A DNA stretch of 63,959 nt, filler included, from Craspedostauros australis (lineage: Eukaryota), in NCBI GenBank assembly GCA_030167865.1. It is 6 parts of 6 records of this genome, joined end to end, with 100 filler letters (N's around TTAATTAATTAA, not from the genome) between each part and the next. Parts side by side here need not be neighbours in the genome. Positions count along the whole stretch, not along the records: positions 1 to 23,913 come from JALAGF010006303.1; 5 more parts are not named here. One strand, written 5' to 3'. The notes under the pieces are model-generated. The model had not been told where the DNA came from. It saw nothing but the letters and a program-made list of their open reading frames with translations, and ran no database searches. Positions 1 to 10,714 of this stretch are shown here, in pieces. The translations under genes were made by a program, and so were the position numbers. Within the stretch, counting starts at the first letter, position 1. The number at the start of each line of letters is the position of its first letter.

Positions 1-199
1 CTGCACAAGTAACCACTGAAGACATATTGGCCCATTGGTGCATGCCCTGGTCGGAGCTTTTGTGTTTAATTGTGAGTCGTCCGAAGACGATCTCCAACCA
101 GTATTTTGGATTTGTACGATTAGCAAAAAGGTAAGAAGTACAGTGAAAGCTGTCATCAATGAACCTGCACGTACTCGAATCACAACACGAGAAACAACA

Positions 200-485
200 A
201 GGTAAACAACACCGCCGCCATCAGTCTCTTTCCGCACCATGCCAACAGCTCAGCAGATGACCTCGGCATCCCATGTCCAAGCGGAGCAAAGCAGGTTACG
301 CAGGACTTTGTACTAACAAACTAAGCTTGGTGTAAAATAATATTATACTATATGTTGCATCCCATATGATAAGTCACTGTGCTCCATTACATGGTGTTAT
401 GTTGTGTAGCATTCGCAAGTGTCACTGTTGCAGCCGACGCGCAGGGATGCCACCACCAACGCTGTGCTGCTTGACACAACACGCA
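200..485. repeat. Dispersed non-coding repeat (copy 1 of 3 in window)
   Basis: ctttccgcaccatgccaacagctcagcagatgacctcggcatccc recurs almost exactly at 42945. The downstream blocks caggactttgt..aaactaagctt..ccattacat..attcgcaagtgt..ccaccaacgctgtgctg recur at 48860-49050. Boundaries approximate. Confidence 0.7.
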
Positions 486-2314
486 CAAGGGAGGAAACGT
501 CCAACCGAGCCAAATCACCAACAACGTGAGGAATCAACATGACACCAAACCTGCCACAGCTTCACCATCAACACAGTTGGATACCATCGCAGTCTGACAT
601 CGACCGTCAATAACGTCATCATTCTCGTCTACGGTGAAGACAAGCCAGCCATGTTTTTGTGTCGTAGAAGCTAGCTAGATTTATCTAACCCTAATGAACA
701 ACACGAAAAATCATGTTCTAAAAATATCACGTTTCAGTATCTCAAATCCGCAGGATACTACACGACTTCGCTGAATGGGGTCTTATGTCCGACCTTCGAG
801 TGTCAGGACGACAAGTCACTGGATGGATCAGGAAGAGGTTCACCGGTTACCCAAGGACACGACTGACAGCATCAATCCAGCCCGTGGGCGCCACTGTATC
901 GCCTCAGCCATGTGGCTGCCTGCTCTGGGCAATGGAGCATTTATTGCCGACGCCGTGGCGCAGGACCATGTGCAATCCGTCCCCAAATGTACTTTCATTT
1001 CCCTTTCGGCGTCTATCGCAAAGAACCCTCTCTCCTTGGAGGCCTGACTGGTCATCACGAGTGGGACCGCCAAACTCCGCGATCTGGATCAAGATTCGAC
1101 TCGGCACCTACAAAACTCAACATATCGAGCAATTCAATGGCTTGTTGAATACTCGTCGTGGAACGATCGCCGTTGGACGAAAGCCAGCCAATTCCATCAG
1201 TCTCCCCCATCGTACATTCGCACCATACGAATGACCTGCGTGCTCGTTACGAGATCCATCCGTTGGGATTCAGCACATCGATACGGTCTCAAAATCCACA
1301 ATTTCGTGTCGTCACGGAGTAACCACGCTCATCAATTGATCTGGCCTCGTCGCTGCAACTCCCAACAACACGGATAGCCGTCATCGGAGGACGCTCACGG
1401 CCATAGCTGCGCCCGTTGACGTCGATCGCATCTGCCCGTGACCTCACCTCTTTCTCCGGAGCCGATCTTTCCTAACCGAACGTCTTCATTCGGATCGGAT
1501 GCTATAGCCGATTCATGGGGGGGGGGTTCGCCAATATCTGTGATAATAGATGCCTTCCCCTTCGCAATGACCGTTTTCGCACTTCACTGTTTCTCCATCT
1601 GTTCGCGATGCATGTTGCGTCCTTTGAAGACAACGACGTCTACCTTGTCCATTTGCATCCAGACAGGAAGCATCGCCTCTCTCTCTCTCTCTCTTTGTGG
1701 ATGTGCTTGTCACGCTCCTCTACCCCGTATCCTCCTGGCAGAGTCCGTTTGGACGATAGACTTGAGATGGTGGCAGAGCAAAAGCAACCGAAGTGGCTCG
1801 TGGCTCCGATTGGAGCGTCAAACAACGAAAGCAGGGTCCGATGGCGAAGCAACCCCATGATAAGTGCGGCCAGTGTCAAAACTATCAAAAGGTGCACAGT
1901 TCGTGACCTCCTATGCGCTTTCATCATTCACGAGTTGAGTCATGGGTATATGTATTACGAAAACGGTCACAACTTGACGTTCCATTTGGGCCTCTCAAGT
2001 CGAACAAAAGACCACCACTGATGACCTGAACGTCATGTTCCCAACGCTTCAGTTGTTCCACTCTCCATCCACATAGCCGGAATCACCGACACACGTGACT
2101 CTGACGATCTCATGTTTGTGGGTTGCACGAGCATGACCATCACTTCCGATGTCATCGCTGCCTTGGTGTTCCACCGATGTACAACCGACACATGCACACA
2201 TGCGGACCAGGCAGAAGCCACACAAGCAGCAGCAACAACAAAGAGACACTCTCCACCATACCACCTCCTCGTGCTTCCAATCCGCTGAACGTCTTGCACA
2301 ATTGAAAGACGACG

Positions 2315-3715
2315 ATGAAGTTCGGAAAGAAATCAAAAGCGACGGAATGCAGACCGTCCTGCAACACCAGATCGACGCTCAAGATCGCCGTGGTCGCATT
2401 CTGCTTCCTGGCGGCGGCGAGTTGGATGCTGTCCAGCGATCGCACCCTGCTGGGTGTCTTCTCCGATGGAGCCGAGCACAAGATCACACGCCAAAGCACT
2501 CTCCTCGTCGACGAGAAGGCGCTGCACTGCGAGTGGAAGCAGGAGGAACCGCTGGATGGATGCTACCAGATCATCTCGCATCACCTGCAGCTGCGCAACA
2601 TCGCGATGGGCCGCCCGTGGGTGTTCCTGGGCGACGAAACGATGAGCGACATGTACGCGGCGATGATCAAGATGTTGAAGACGAAGCAGAACGGACACAA
2701 GATGCCGCATCATGACAGCCTCAGCGACAGAATCAGCGCTTTGACGTCGTGGGATGGCGTGAAGGTCACGGCGCAGCGGTTGAAGTCCAGCAAGGATCGC
2801 TGCGGTATGATGGAGTTTCTGGCATTGGCAACAGAAAAGGATGCATCGCAGTGGGTGGCACCGGACTTCTCCTTGGGACAGGGACCCGTGCATTATGGTG
2901 CCCAGAATCCGTACTGCAGCGAGTGCGAGGAATGCAGGAGCCACTTGCATCACATCGAATTCAATGAGATGGCCGGGCAGCAGCCCCAAAAGAGCCGCCT
3001 GTCGTCGCCCAAGAAGAAGAAGAAGAAGAAGAAGAAGAAGAAGAAGGACGACGAATCCGCCAAAAAGTCCAACCTCGTATTCGTGACCAACATGAGGTAC
3101 ATGGTGGTCGAGTTTGCGCACGACGTCAGCCAGCAGTCTCTCGCAATCAAAACAACGCAAGAGACGGTCGCCAACTACCTGGCCAACCAGAGGAAGCAGT
3201 TGTGGCAGAGAGAGCAGCAGGCTCTGCCGCTTCAATCGGGCATGAAGACCGACACTGGCTCGATCTGCGTCATCGGCGCTGGTCTTCAGGATCTCGGAAT
3301 TCCAGATATGACGCATCACATGTACGCAAACAACGTGGAACAGTACTGGAAGCTGTTGCTGACCCCGCTGGAATCGAAGGCTGATGATGGCAGCGTCGAG
3401 ATGAAGGATCCTGTTTGTGCCCACATCATTTGGATCTCCATCCCCGCAGCCACGTCCGAAGCAACATCCAATGCGAAAGCGAAGGAATGGAACGACGCAG
3501 TCTTCGGTCTGCTGCCCAAACCGTATGGAAGCAATGCGGTGGATTCCTCCAGGCCTGCGACGCGGGCGTTGTTCAGTGATCGCGTGACGTACGTCGATGT
3601 GTGGGACCGTTCATTGCAACTCGAAAATGGCAAGCTGAGTTCCGCCGAGTATCACGAACCGATGGCGGAGCTGTTTGCCGATCTGTTCGCCACGAAACTG
3701 CATCCACCACAATAG
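2315..3715 (+). CDS. Type II membrane protein, SGNH hydrolase / PC-esterase-like (466 aa)
   Basis: Long intact ORF with an N-terminal hydrophobic anchor (IAVVAFCFLAAASWML). Motifs VFLGDETM (GDS-like), GAGLQDL, IIWIS and YVDVWD resemble SGNH/PC-esterase blocks. Cys cluster YCSECEEC. Confidence 0.6.
   Translation: MKFGKKSKATECRPSCNTRSTLKIAVVAFCFLAAASWMLSSDRTLLGVFSDGAEHKITRQSTLLVDEKALHCEWKQEEPLDGCYQIISHHLQLRNIAMGRPWVFLGDETMSDMYAAMIKMLKTKQNGHKMPHHDSLSDRISALTSWDGVKVTAQRLKSSKDRCGMMEFLALATEKDASQWVAPDFSLGQGPVHYGAQNPYCSECEECRSHLHHIEFNEMAGQQPQKSRLSSPKKKKKKKKKKKKDDESAKKSNLVFVTNMRYMVVEFAHDVSQQSLAIKTTQETVANYLANQRKQLWQREQQALPLQSGMKTDTGSICVIGAGLQDLGIPDMTHHMYANNVEQYWKLLLTPLESKADDGSVEMKDPVCAHIIWISIPAATSEATSNAKAKEWNDAVFGLLPKPYGSNAVDSSRPATRALFSDRVTYVDVWDRSLQLENGKLSSAEYHEPMAELFADLFATKLHPPQ
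3011..3046 (+). repeat. (AAG)12 coding microsatellite encoding poly-Lys
   Basis: 12 perfect AAG units in frame within ORF 2315-3715. Confidence 0.95.
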
Positions 3716-4176
3716 CCTGCGCAATAGAGAAGTGCGGTTATAGAGCATTCGAAATAGCAACAATACTTGCCGATCATGTATACGAGTGTTCGAAGAATGG
3801 TGTCGGTTGGGCTCTCTCATCTGCAAACCAAGGAATGGAGAACACGACGATCCGCGCAATTGCACATCCCAGTTCGCGTCGGTGACTGTCCGCTCGGAAG
3901 ATGGCTCTTGGACGTCGCGATCATGGCTTCCGTTGTTGCACTTTCTCTCGCAATCTCCCATGTTCCAATGACGCCGCCATCTATTGCAGCACGATTGGAG
4001 TTGAACAGAACCAAACGGAACTTATGTAATCTGTCACAACGCCTACACTCCTCCGAGTTCTCGCGCCTCTACGAAAGTTGTAATCTTGTGTAATAAGAGA
4101 TTATGTATGTCTATGTAATGCACTGTCCGTGCTAGCTGATGTATGTATGCAAGCGCATGCGTATGCGCGTGGTCGT

Positions 4177-5760
4177 TTACTCGAAGGTCTTGGCCCATCC
4201 TTCGGGTGCATACCATTCCTGCACGGTGAGGAAGGGACGCACCTCGATCTCCGCGTTAAAATGGACCAATCGACGATGTGCGGTGTCATCTGCAGCTTGT
4301 TGACAATGTTGCTGCAAGGCTTGATTCGTGTAACGTCCGCGGCGCAAGCAGGAGCGCAGCTGGACGCTGGGTCGGGCCAAGTGGGTATCGGACTGACGTC
4401 GCAAGCCGTGGTTGGCCTGTGGCATGGCAGAGCAGATGCCGTCTTCGGCTTGATGCATGTTGTGGTGAGATCTGGTATGCACGAGCCCACCGCAAGTGCC
4501 ACCCCGCAGCGGCGATCGATACGTTGGCAAGGATGGATCGGACACCGTCTTCCACCAGTCGGAGGAAAGGGAGGTGGATGGGCGCAAGGCGAATTGGGAA
4601 TCGGTTTGCTGATTGTAGTCCGCCCAATACTTGTTCCACCAAGTGGGTCGTCGTTGTGTGTTGGATTGAGTTGGAGTGTTCAACGGCGCATCGCAGATGG
4701 CTGCCTTTGGTTTGGAAGCAAAAGGATTCCAAATGCATGGTGAACGCGTTGGGCTCGCATCCGCCTTGTTGCCGTCGTCGTATGGATCTTGCGGAGCCGC
4801 TTCGGATGGTCCGATAGAAGCTGGACCTTCGCCATCATCATCGATGGCACGTTGGTGGTCACCCTCCTCAGACTTGATGACTTTTTCATTCTCATTGGTA
4901 TCGGATTGGCGTTGCATTGGTTGCGACAGGCGTTCTCCAGTTGCCACGTCCATGTTTGTGAGTGACGATGAGATCTCATGGATCGGCCGTGCCACTGATC
5001 GCGGCGACAAAGTCGAAGTTGTAGCATGCTTGAGTTGATCTTGACGGCACGTCGATGATGAAGATTCTGTGGATGCTGAATGTGCGGTTTGCACTTGCTC
5101 CTTCGTGCGCTCTGCGCTCGTCTCATCTGCCGGGTGCGTCCAGTACGTTCCGAAGATCGATCGTGGTTTGGATGTGCAAGAACTTTGCCCGGATGATGCC
5201 TGGGTGACGTCCTTTGTCACGCGGTGCGCATCGTTGGCGAGCGAAGAATCACGCAACGCGCAGAAGGAAAGATGCGCCTCCGCTTCTGGACCAAACGGGT
5301 CATACGCAAGCTCCCGAGGATTGGTGAGGGAGGAGACCTCCGAAGCATGATCCGCCGCATTGTCATCAACGCCACATTCATGATGCACAACGTGATTCTC
5401 TCCTTCCAGTTCTGGTTGAAGGAGAGAGTCAGCTGTGCTCGTGAATTCGATTGTGCACCCAATCAACGAGGAGTCTTCCATCGTCTGCTTCTGCTGAGAG
5501 TCTTTCGCAACTGGTGGTAGATCAGCACCAAAGTTGCTGTGTGTCGCGACGGCTTTGCTCGAAGTCATGGGCGATGCTATGTTGTAGATGCCACAGAGAA
5601 GGTCCTGTGCGTGACCGTAATCATGGCCGTGATGGGAACCGCGATGGGTTGTGTTGTTGCGTTCGTAGTGGGACGACCTGAAGCCGTTGAAGAATGGCGA
5701 TTCGCCAAAGTCGCGGAATGGGGCGGCAGTTGCCATGAGGAATGCATCGTCCATCTCCAT
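4177..5760 (-). CDS. Hypothetical, largely low-complexity protein (527 aa)
   Basis: Long ORF, Ser/Thr/Asp-rich, with short motif-like segments (RSIFGTYW, LRSCLRRGRY, RRLVHFNAEIEV, WYAPEGWAKTFE). Confidence 0.7.
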   Translation of the reverse strand: MEMDDAFLMATAAPFRDFGESPFFNGFRSSHYERNNTTHRGSHHGHDYGHAQDLLCGIYNIASPMTSSKAVATHSNFGADLPPVAKDSQQKQTMEDSSLIGCTIEFTSTADSLLQPELEGENHVVHHECGVDDNAADHASEVSSLTNPRELAYDPFGPEAEAHLSFCALRDSSLANDAHRVTKDVTQASSGQSSCTSKPRSIFGTYWTHPADETSAERTKEQVQTAHSASTESSSSTCRQDQLKHATTSTLSPRSVARPIHEISSSLTNMDVATGERLSQPMQRQSDTNENEKVIKSEEGDHQRAIDDDGEGPASIGPSEAAPQDPYDDGNKADASPTRSPCIWNPFASKPKAAICDAPLNTPTQSNTQRRPTWWNKYWADYNQQTDSQFALRPSTSLSSDWWKTVSDPSLPTYRSPLRGGTCGGLVHTRSHHNMHQAEDGICSAMPQANHGLRRQSDTHLARPSVQLRSCLRRGRYTNQALQQHCQQAADDTAHRRLVHFNAEIEVRPFLTVQEWYAPEGWAKTFE

Positions 5761-7903
5761 GGTTGAATGTTGAATGTGAAGTGATTAGATGGTGTATGGT
5801 GTAGCAGATGTAGTGTCGTTGTGCTTGTGGTTTGCTTTCTCCAAGAGGACTTGCTCTTTTTGTGTGAATGAAACTGGGTCCGAAGTTCCGCAAGCGTGCA
5901 ATGACACTCTCTGCGAATGAAGTACAAGTGCAGGCCTCTGAATGAAAGACCTCTCTGGAGCGAAAGTATGGTGTGAATGCTTCTGCGTCTGCCCAACTTG
6001 TGTTGTTGTCTTGTTCGCGACTACGACTATTGCATTCGAATGTTTGTCACGAAACCGTCGACGTCGTTTGCGTTCTGAGTATCAATGCTGTTTCCAATGC
6101 ACTGTTGCTAATACTGTTGCTAATACTGTTGCTGATGTCGTCACTGAATCGCGAAAGCAATCTTTCGATGGATGCGGAACCCACGAATCTGACAGCTGGG
6201 TTCGACTTGTCCAAGTTGGTGCTTCTGGTTGCTGTGTGTGTGGGTGATTCGAGAAGTGTGTGTTTGGTTGTTGTTTCGGTTGGTGATGCACAAGGAGGCG
6301 TGACAAAACGAACTCCTCTCTGGTGAGGCTTTCTCCAATCAAAGACACAAGCAGCTGTCGGGTTCGTGTTGGCTTGTGTGATGGCGGACCGGAATTGCAA
6401 TCAAATGCGAAAGAGAGGCCAGGTTGTTGATTGTGTGATTGTGTGAATGGATGAATGAAGATGGTGATGAGGCTGATGCTCTCGCAGAGTGCAACAACTT
6501 CGATGTTGGAGGCGACTCGTCAAGATGGTGTGTGCTGTTGTGTGCTGCTGATCAATGTGGACAGTATGGTACGGGAAGAAGCGAGCTGACAGATGGATGT
6601 CGTCCCACTTCGTTTGAATTGCTCGTTGATGCTTCCTCGTTGATCCTTGCCTCTTGTGTTCAGAACACGGTATAGAGGAGAGGTGCTCTTGGAAGACGGC
6701 TTCGTTTCGTGACACCTGAAGGCATCAACCAAGCGGGATGGTTCGATCGATGGCAGCCTGAGCCGGGAAGACTCTCTCTCGTTCTGCAGACAGCACGACA
6801 CAAGCTAGTTTCGTTCGGCACGTCCGTTTCTCAGGAGCATTGCGCGACGCCGACTCCCCTTGTTGCTCTTGATGTTGGACTCGGACTTGTTAGCTTCGTC
6901 AGTGCAGTGAGGAGTGATCCCGTTGTCGCAGCCGCGATGCCTCTCTTTCAGTTGTTATTGATTGATGCTGCAACTGCTGATGCCTCTCTCCTCTTCCTTT
7001 TCCACGATGGATGCCAATGACTTGCTAACCTCCCAAGGAGAAGATCGGAAGGGAACGAACAAACGAACGAACGAACGGGATCAGCCGATCAACACACAAA
7101 AGAGAGGCACAAACAACGAGAAAAGAATCGCCGTGATGCCAGTCCTCCTTCGACACCCTCAATCCGTTCGTTTTCGTACAGTCGGAGACTACCCATTTGT
7201 AGTAGTACGAACAGCGATGGAGCATCTCAAGATGCCGTCGGCTTCGCAACGTTGATGCCTCCCCTTCTTGTTTCCCTCTTCAGGGCCAACGAATCAATCT
7301 GTTTCTGAAGCACCGATGCGTCCACGTACTTGATGTTTTCACTGTTGATGCGGTGAAGTTGACAACAGCGCGGACAACTTCCGCCTTCTTGTGTGGCTGG
7401 CAGCTGCGGCGATAACATCTTGTTGATGTCAACATTCAACGCTGGGGATGCTCATCAATATTATTGCTGCTATCCCCATCGTTCATGACAATTTCTGGAT
7501 CTAGTCGTGACACGTATTCTGTGTCTCATTCATGTCGCTGCATGTGATTCATGTCGCCGCATGTGATTCATGTCACAATGGTCGAATGAATCGAGATTCA
7601 ACGTTCTTCCTCTTCGCGATTGAGAGGTCGTAGTCTATCCAATCTATCCATACAAGTCTAGAGGTAGAGAGGTGTAGCAACATGGTGGTTTGATCTGGGA
7701 ACAATCGATGAGGCGAAGTCCGTCTGACTGTGATGCAGCACCGGCGGCAGCTTCTATCGATTCCTTTGTATTGCAGCATTAAGAGCTATATTATGAAGAT
7801 TATGACACTGGAGAGTAGTACGCTGGTGGTTGTGATTGAGGCCGTTGCATTGTATTCCATTGTATGGCAATGCAATGGTCGGAGCACCCGTGAGACCCGA
7901 ACT

Positions 7904-10714
7904 CTAATCAACATGAACCCCATGCTTGGCTGCCACTCGTTTGTTGCTGTACGTGATACGCTGCTTGGCCGTGGAGCCGTCGCTGCGCTTGATCCTTTGG
8001 GTGACGACAACTGAACCATCCGGTTGCACTGCCACCTCTCTATCGCTCGGCTTGGGCGTGGATGATACACTCTTTTGCTTCTTCCTCTGGCTGTGCGTAC
8101 TGGACGACCCGAGGCTGCTCTTTTGTTTCTTCCTCTGGCTGTGCGTACTGGACGATCCGAGGCTGCTCCTTTGCTTCTTCCTCTGGCTGTGCGTACTGGA
8201 CGACCCGAGGCTGCTCTTTTGTTTCTTCCTCTGGCTGTGCGTACTGGACGATCCGAGGCTGCTCCTTTGCTTCTTCCTCTGGCTGTGCGTACTGGACGAC
8301 CCGAGGCTGCTCTTTTGTTTCTTCTTCTTGCTGTGCGTGCTGCTGCTGGCCAAGCTGTGATTGGATCCCTTCGACAGCGACTTGTTGCGCGGACGCTGCC
8401 GATCGTTGGACGATGATTTGGACCGCGTCGACGTCGTGCGCGGACGTTGCTGATACTTGCGGTACGGCAGATCGTAGTTGGGCGACAGCGACCGCGTCCT
8501 GTCCTTCTGTCGATCGCGCCGCCCATCGTGCAATGCACGCGCCGTCGTCGATACCGACTTGGCCTTCTTGCCATTCGCATCCTTGTTGGGTTGCGGGCGT
8601 CGACGTTGCTGTCCTTCCTTCTTGACCTTGCGGACGGGCGACAGCGAGCGCGATGTTCTCGATTGCGGGCTTCTGTCGAATGCCTGTCGGAAGGCGGGTG
8701 GGATGTTGGAGATATCGTCGTCGACGCTCTTGGAGTCTGGTGACTCGGGCAAGGGCGAGACGAGCATGCGCGGCAGGCGGTTCCTGCTGACGCTGCGAGG
8801 ACGGCGTTTGACGGGTGTTTCCGGCGACGGCGAGCGCGGAGATGGGGATTTGACGGGCGATCTGGACCGTCCACTTGCAGATGGCGACAGTTCGGTGCTT
8901 CGGGCCGTGCCACTGTGCTTCGATGTGGAACGTGGCGACGTGGCAACGCTGCCGGATGTGGATCCGTTCTTCTTCGCCTTGTCATCTTTGTCCAACGTGC
9001 TGAAATCATCGGCGTCGAAACTGTTGAGCATTCCGTCGAGATGATCGACCATATCGCGGATACCGGATGGAATCGCATCATCTTCCCCATCGTCGTCATC
9101 GCTGCTGACCTGGATGATATGCTTCTTTGGCGGTGGTCCCACGGGCCGTTTGGGAATGACGCCTCGCAATGCCGGCGGATCCATCGACATGCGTCGTGGC
9201 AGCCTCATCTTGTGGGTGTCGATGAAGGCCGGTTTGGGTGACGGCGGCCGCACAGGAGCTGTCGCACCGCTGTTGCGCGAACGCAGCTTGGAACGTTGAT
9301 CCTGAATCTTTTGCGACAGCGTGCGTTGCATGTCGGGTTTGTTGGAAGTCGGTTTGTTGGCGGCATAGCTGGTTGGCGACAACGTCATCGTGGTTGCGGT
9401 TGCGGCGGAGTGCTGTTCCTTGAGCGGACTCGTGTTGCTGAAATTGCTTCCGATCGATGAGTTGTCATCGGGCAAGTTGTTCTGGCTGGCCGTCCGACTA
9501 TCGGACGTGGCCGTGTCGTCTCCCCCCGTATCGCCCGCAGTTGGCTTGCGTTGTTTGACTTGGATGCCGTTGTCGCTATCGGTGCTGTCGCTATCGGCAT
9601 CGTCGCTGACGACATTCGGTCCCTCATCTGGAAGCTGCTTCTTGAAGTCCTGCTGCTGTCTCCATGATTCGGGTGGCGCGGCTGGTTGCTCGTCATCAAA
9701 GTCGTTATCGTTATCGTCATCACGTCCATCAGAGTACTTTCCTTGCGGCGGATACGTGCTGTTGCCGCCCTTGGCAAAGCTGGGCATGGTCATGTTGCTG
9801 GGAAGGAAGGAAGCGCGTTTGCCTTCGCGCTTCTTGTGTTTCCAATAGTAGTAGATCGCACCTCCAATGATGGCGAGCAGCAGTGCCACGATGGCAAAGA
9901 CAGCGCCGCCCGACATGCCTCCACCACCACCCCCGCCGCCTCCATCATCGGATACTGGAATAGGAACGGGCGGATCCGTGGGAACGCCTTGCCCAACGAC
10001 CGCATCGTTGCAACGAATGTTGATTGTCGAGCTCTTGAAGCCGTCCGTGTCGCTGCCTGTCCTATCGAAGCAGGAGATGGTGGGAAAGAACTTGTAGGGC
10101 TGACCATCGGCGGCGAAGTCGACGCGATGGATGTTGCTGAACTCGCGACGGCACGTGGTCTTGTCGGATTCCGTGTGGAAGCTCTCTATCCTCCATCGCA
10201 CGAGACCGCGGTACTGCACGAGGCTCCAATTGTCGGGATACTTGTCGAGCGGGTACATGTAGAGGAAGCCCGCCTTCGATTTGTAGATGGGAAATCCGGA
10301 CAGGAAGTCTCCGTTGCAACTGCCCGTGAAGGGAGCGAAGCGGCGGTTGTACCGATTGCCGACACCCGTCGAACGGCAGGCATCGATCACCTGCAGATCC
10401 TGGCAGACCTGACCATCCAGCACGTCGGGTGCCAATCCGCGATCGTCGTCGCCTTGCAGGGCTCGATTGGATCCACGCAATGCTCGTCCCAGGATGGGGA
10501 CATCGCCGTCGTCCGGAGTCGTCGCATGCGATGCGATCAGCTCTTTCATGTGCAGAAAGAACTCGGCGTCGTCCATCGCGTCGTCGCTGTGGCCATCGCT
10601 GTGGCCGTCGCTGTGGCTGTTGGTATTGGCAAAGTCGGAAGCGAACGATGGTGCATCATCTCTATGATGGTCATGATCGACAAACATCATATTATACAAT
10701 GCAATGCAATGCAA
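7904..10714 (-). CDS. Single-pass membrane protein with RXL motifs, Cys-containing ectodomain and long Ser/Arg/Lys-rich tail; 5' end uncertain
   Basis: 936-aa ORF. GRALRGSNRALQGDDDRGL precedes a Cys-containing domain, a Gly run and TM segment AVFAIVALLLAIIGGAIYYYW followed by KHKKR. The ORF start lies in an (AATGC)n microsatellite, so an upstream exon with a signal peptide is likely. Confidence 0.75.
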   Translation of the reverse strand: MHCIALYNMMFVDHDHHRDDAPSFASDFANTNSHSDGHSDGHSDDAMDDAEFFLHMKELIASHATTPDDGDVPILGRALRGSNRALQGDDDRGLAPDVLDGQVCQDLQVIDACRSTGVGNRYNRRFAPFTGSCNGDFLSGFPIYKSKAGFLYMYPLDKYPDNWSLVQYRGLVRWRIESFHTESDKTTCRREFSNIHRVDFAADGQPYKFFPTISCFDRTGSDTDGFKSSTINIRCNDAVVGQGVPTDPPVPIPVSDDGGGGGGGGGMSGGAVFAIVALLLAIIGGAIYYYWKHKKREGKRASFLPSNMTMPSFAKGGNSTYPPQGKYSDGRDDDNDNDFDDEQPAAPPESWRQQQDFKKQLPDEGPNVVSDDADSDSTDSDNGIQVKQRKPTAGDTGGDDTATSDSRTASQNNLPDDNSSIGSNFSNTSPLKEQHSAATATTMTLSPTSYAANKPTSNKPDMQRTLSQKIQDQRSKLRSRNSGATAPVRPPSPKPAFIDTHKMRLPRRMSMDPPALRGVIPKRPVGPPPKKHIIQVSSDDDDGEDDAIPSGIRDMVDHLDGMLNSFDADDFSTLDKDDKAKKNGSTSGSVATSPRSTSKHSGTARSTELSPSASGRSRSPVKSPSPRSPSPETPVKRRPRSVSRNRLPRMLVSPLPESPDSKSVDDDISNIPPAFRQAFDRSPQSRTSRSLSPVRKVKKEGQQRRRPQPNKDANGKKAKSVSTTARALHDGRRDRQKDRTRSLSPNYDLPYRKYQQRPRTTSTRSKSSSNDRQRPRNKSLSKGSNHSLASSSTHSKKKKQKSSLGSSSTHSQRKKQRSSLGSSSTHSQRKKQKSSLGSSSTHSQRKKQRSSLGSSSTHSQRKKQKSSLGSSSTHSQRKKQKSVSSTPKPSDREVAVQPDGSVVVTQRIKRSDGSTAKQRITYSNKRVAAKHGVHVD
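8071..8345 (-). repeat. 48-bp coding tandem repeat, ~5.5 copies (SSLGSSSTHSQRKKQ[K/R])
   Basis: Alternating variants A (ttgctt..gacccgagg..ctctt) and B (ttgttt..gatccgagg..ctcct) in ABABA order. Confidence 0.95.

Noticed and set aside
8071..8345. CRISPR-like array
   Set aside because: Contiguous coding tandem repeat without unique spacers, in a eukaryotic gene.
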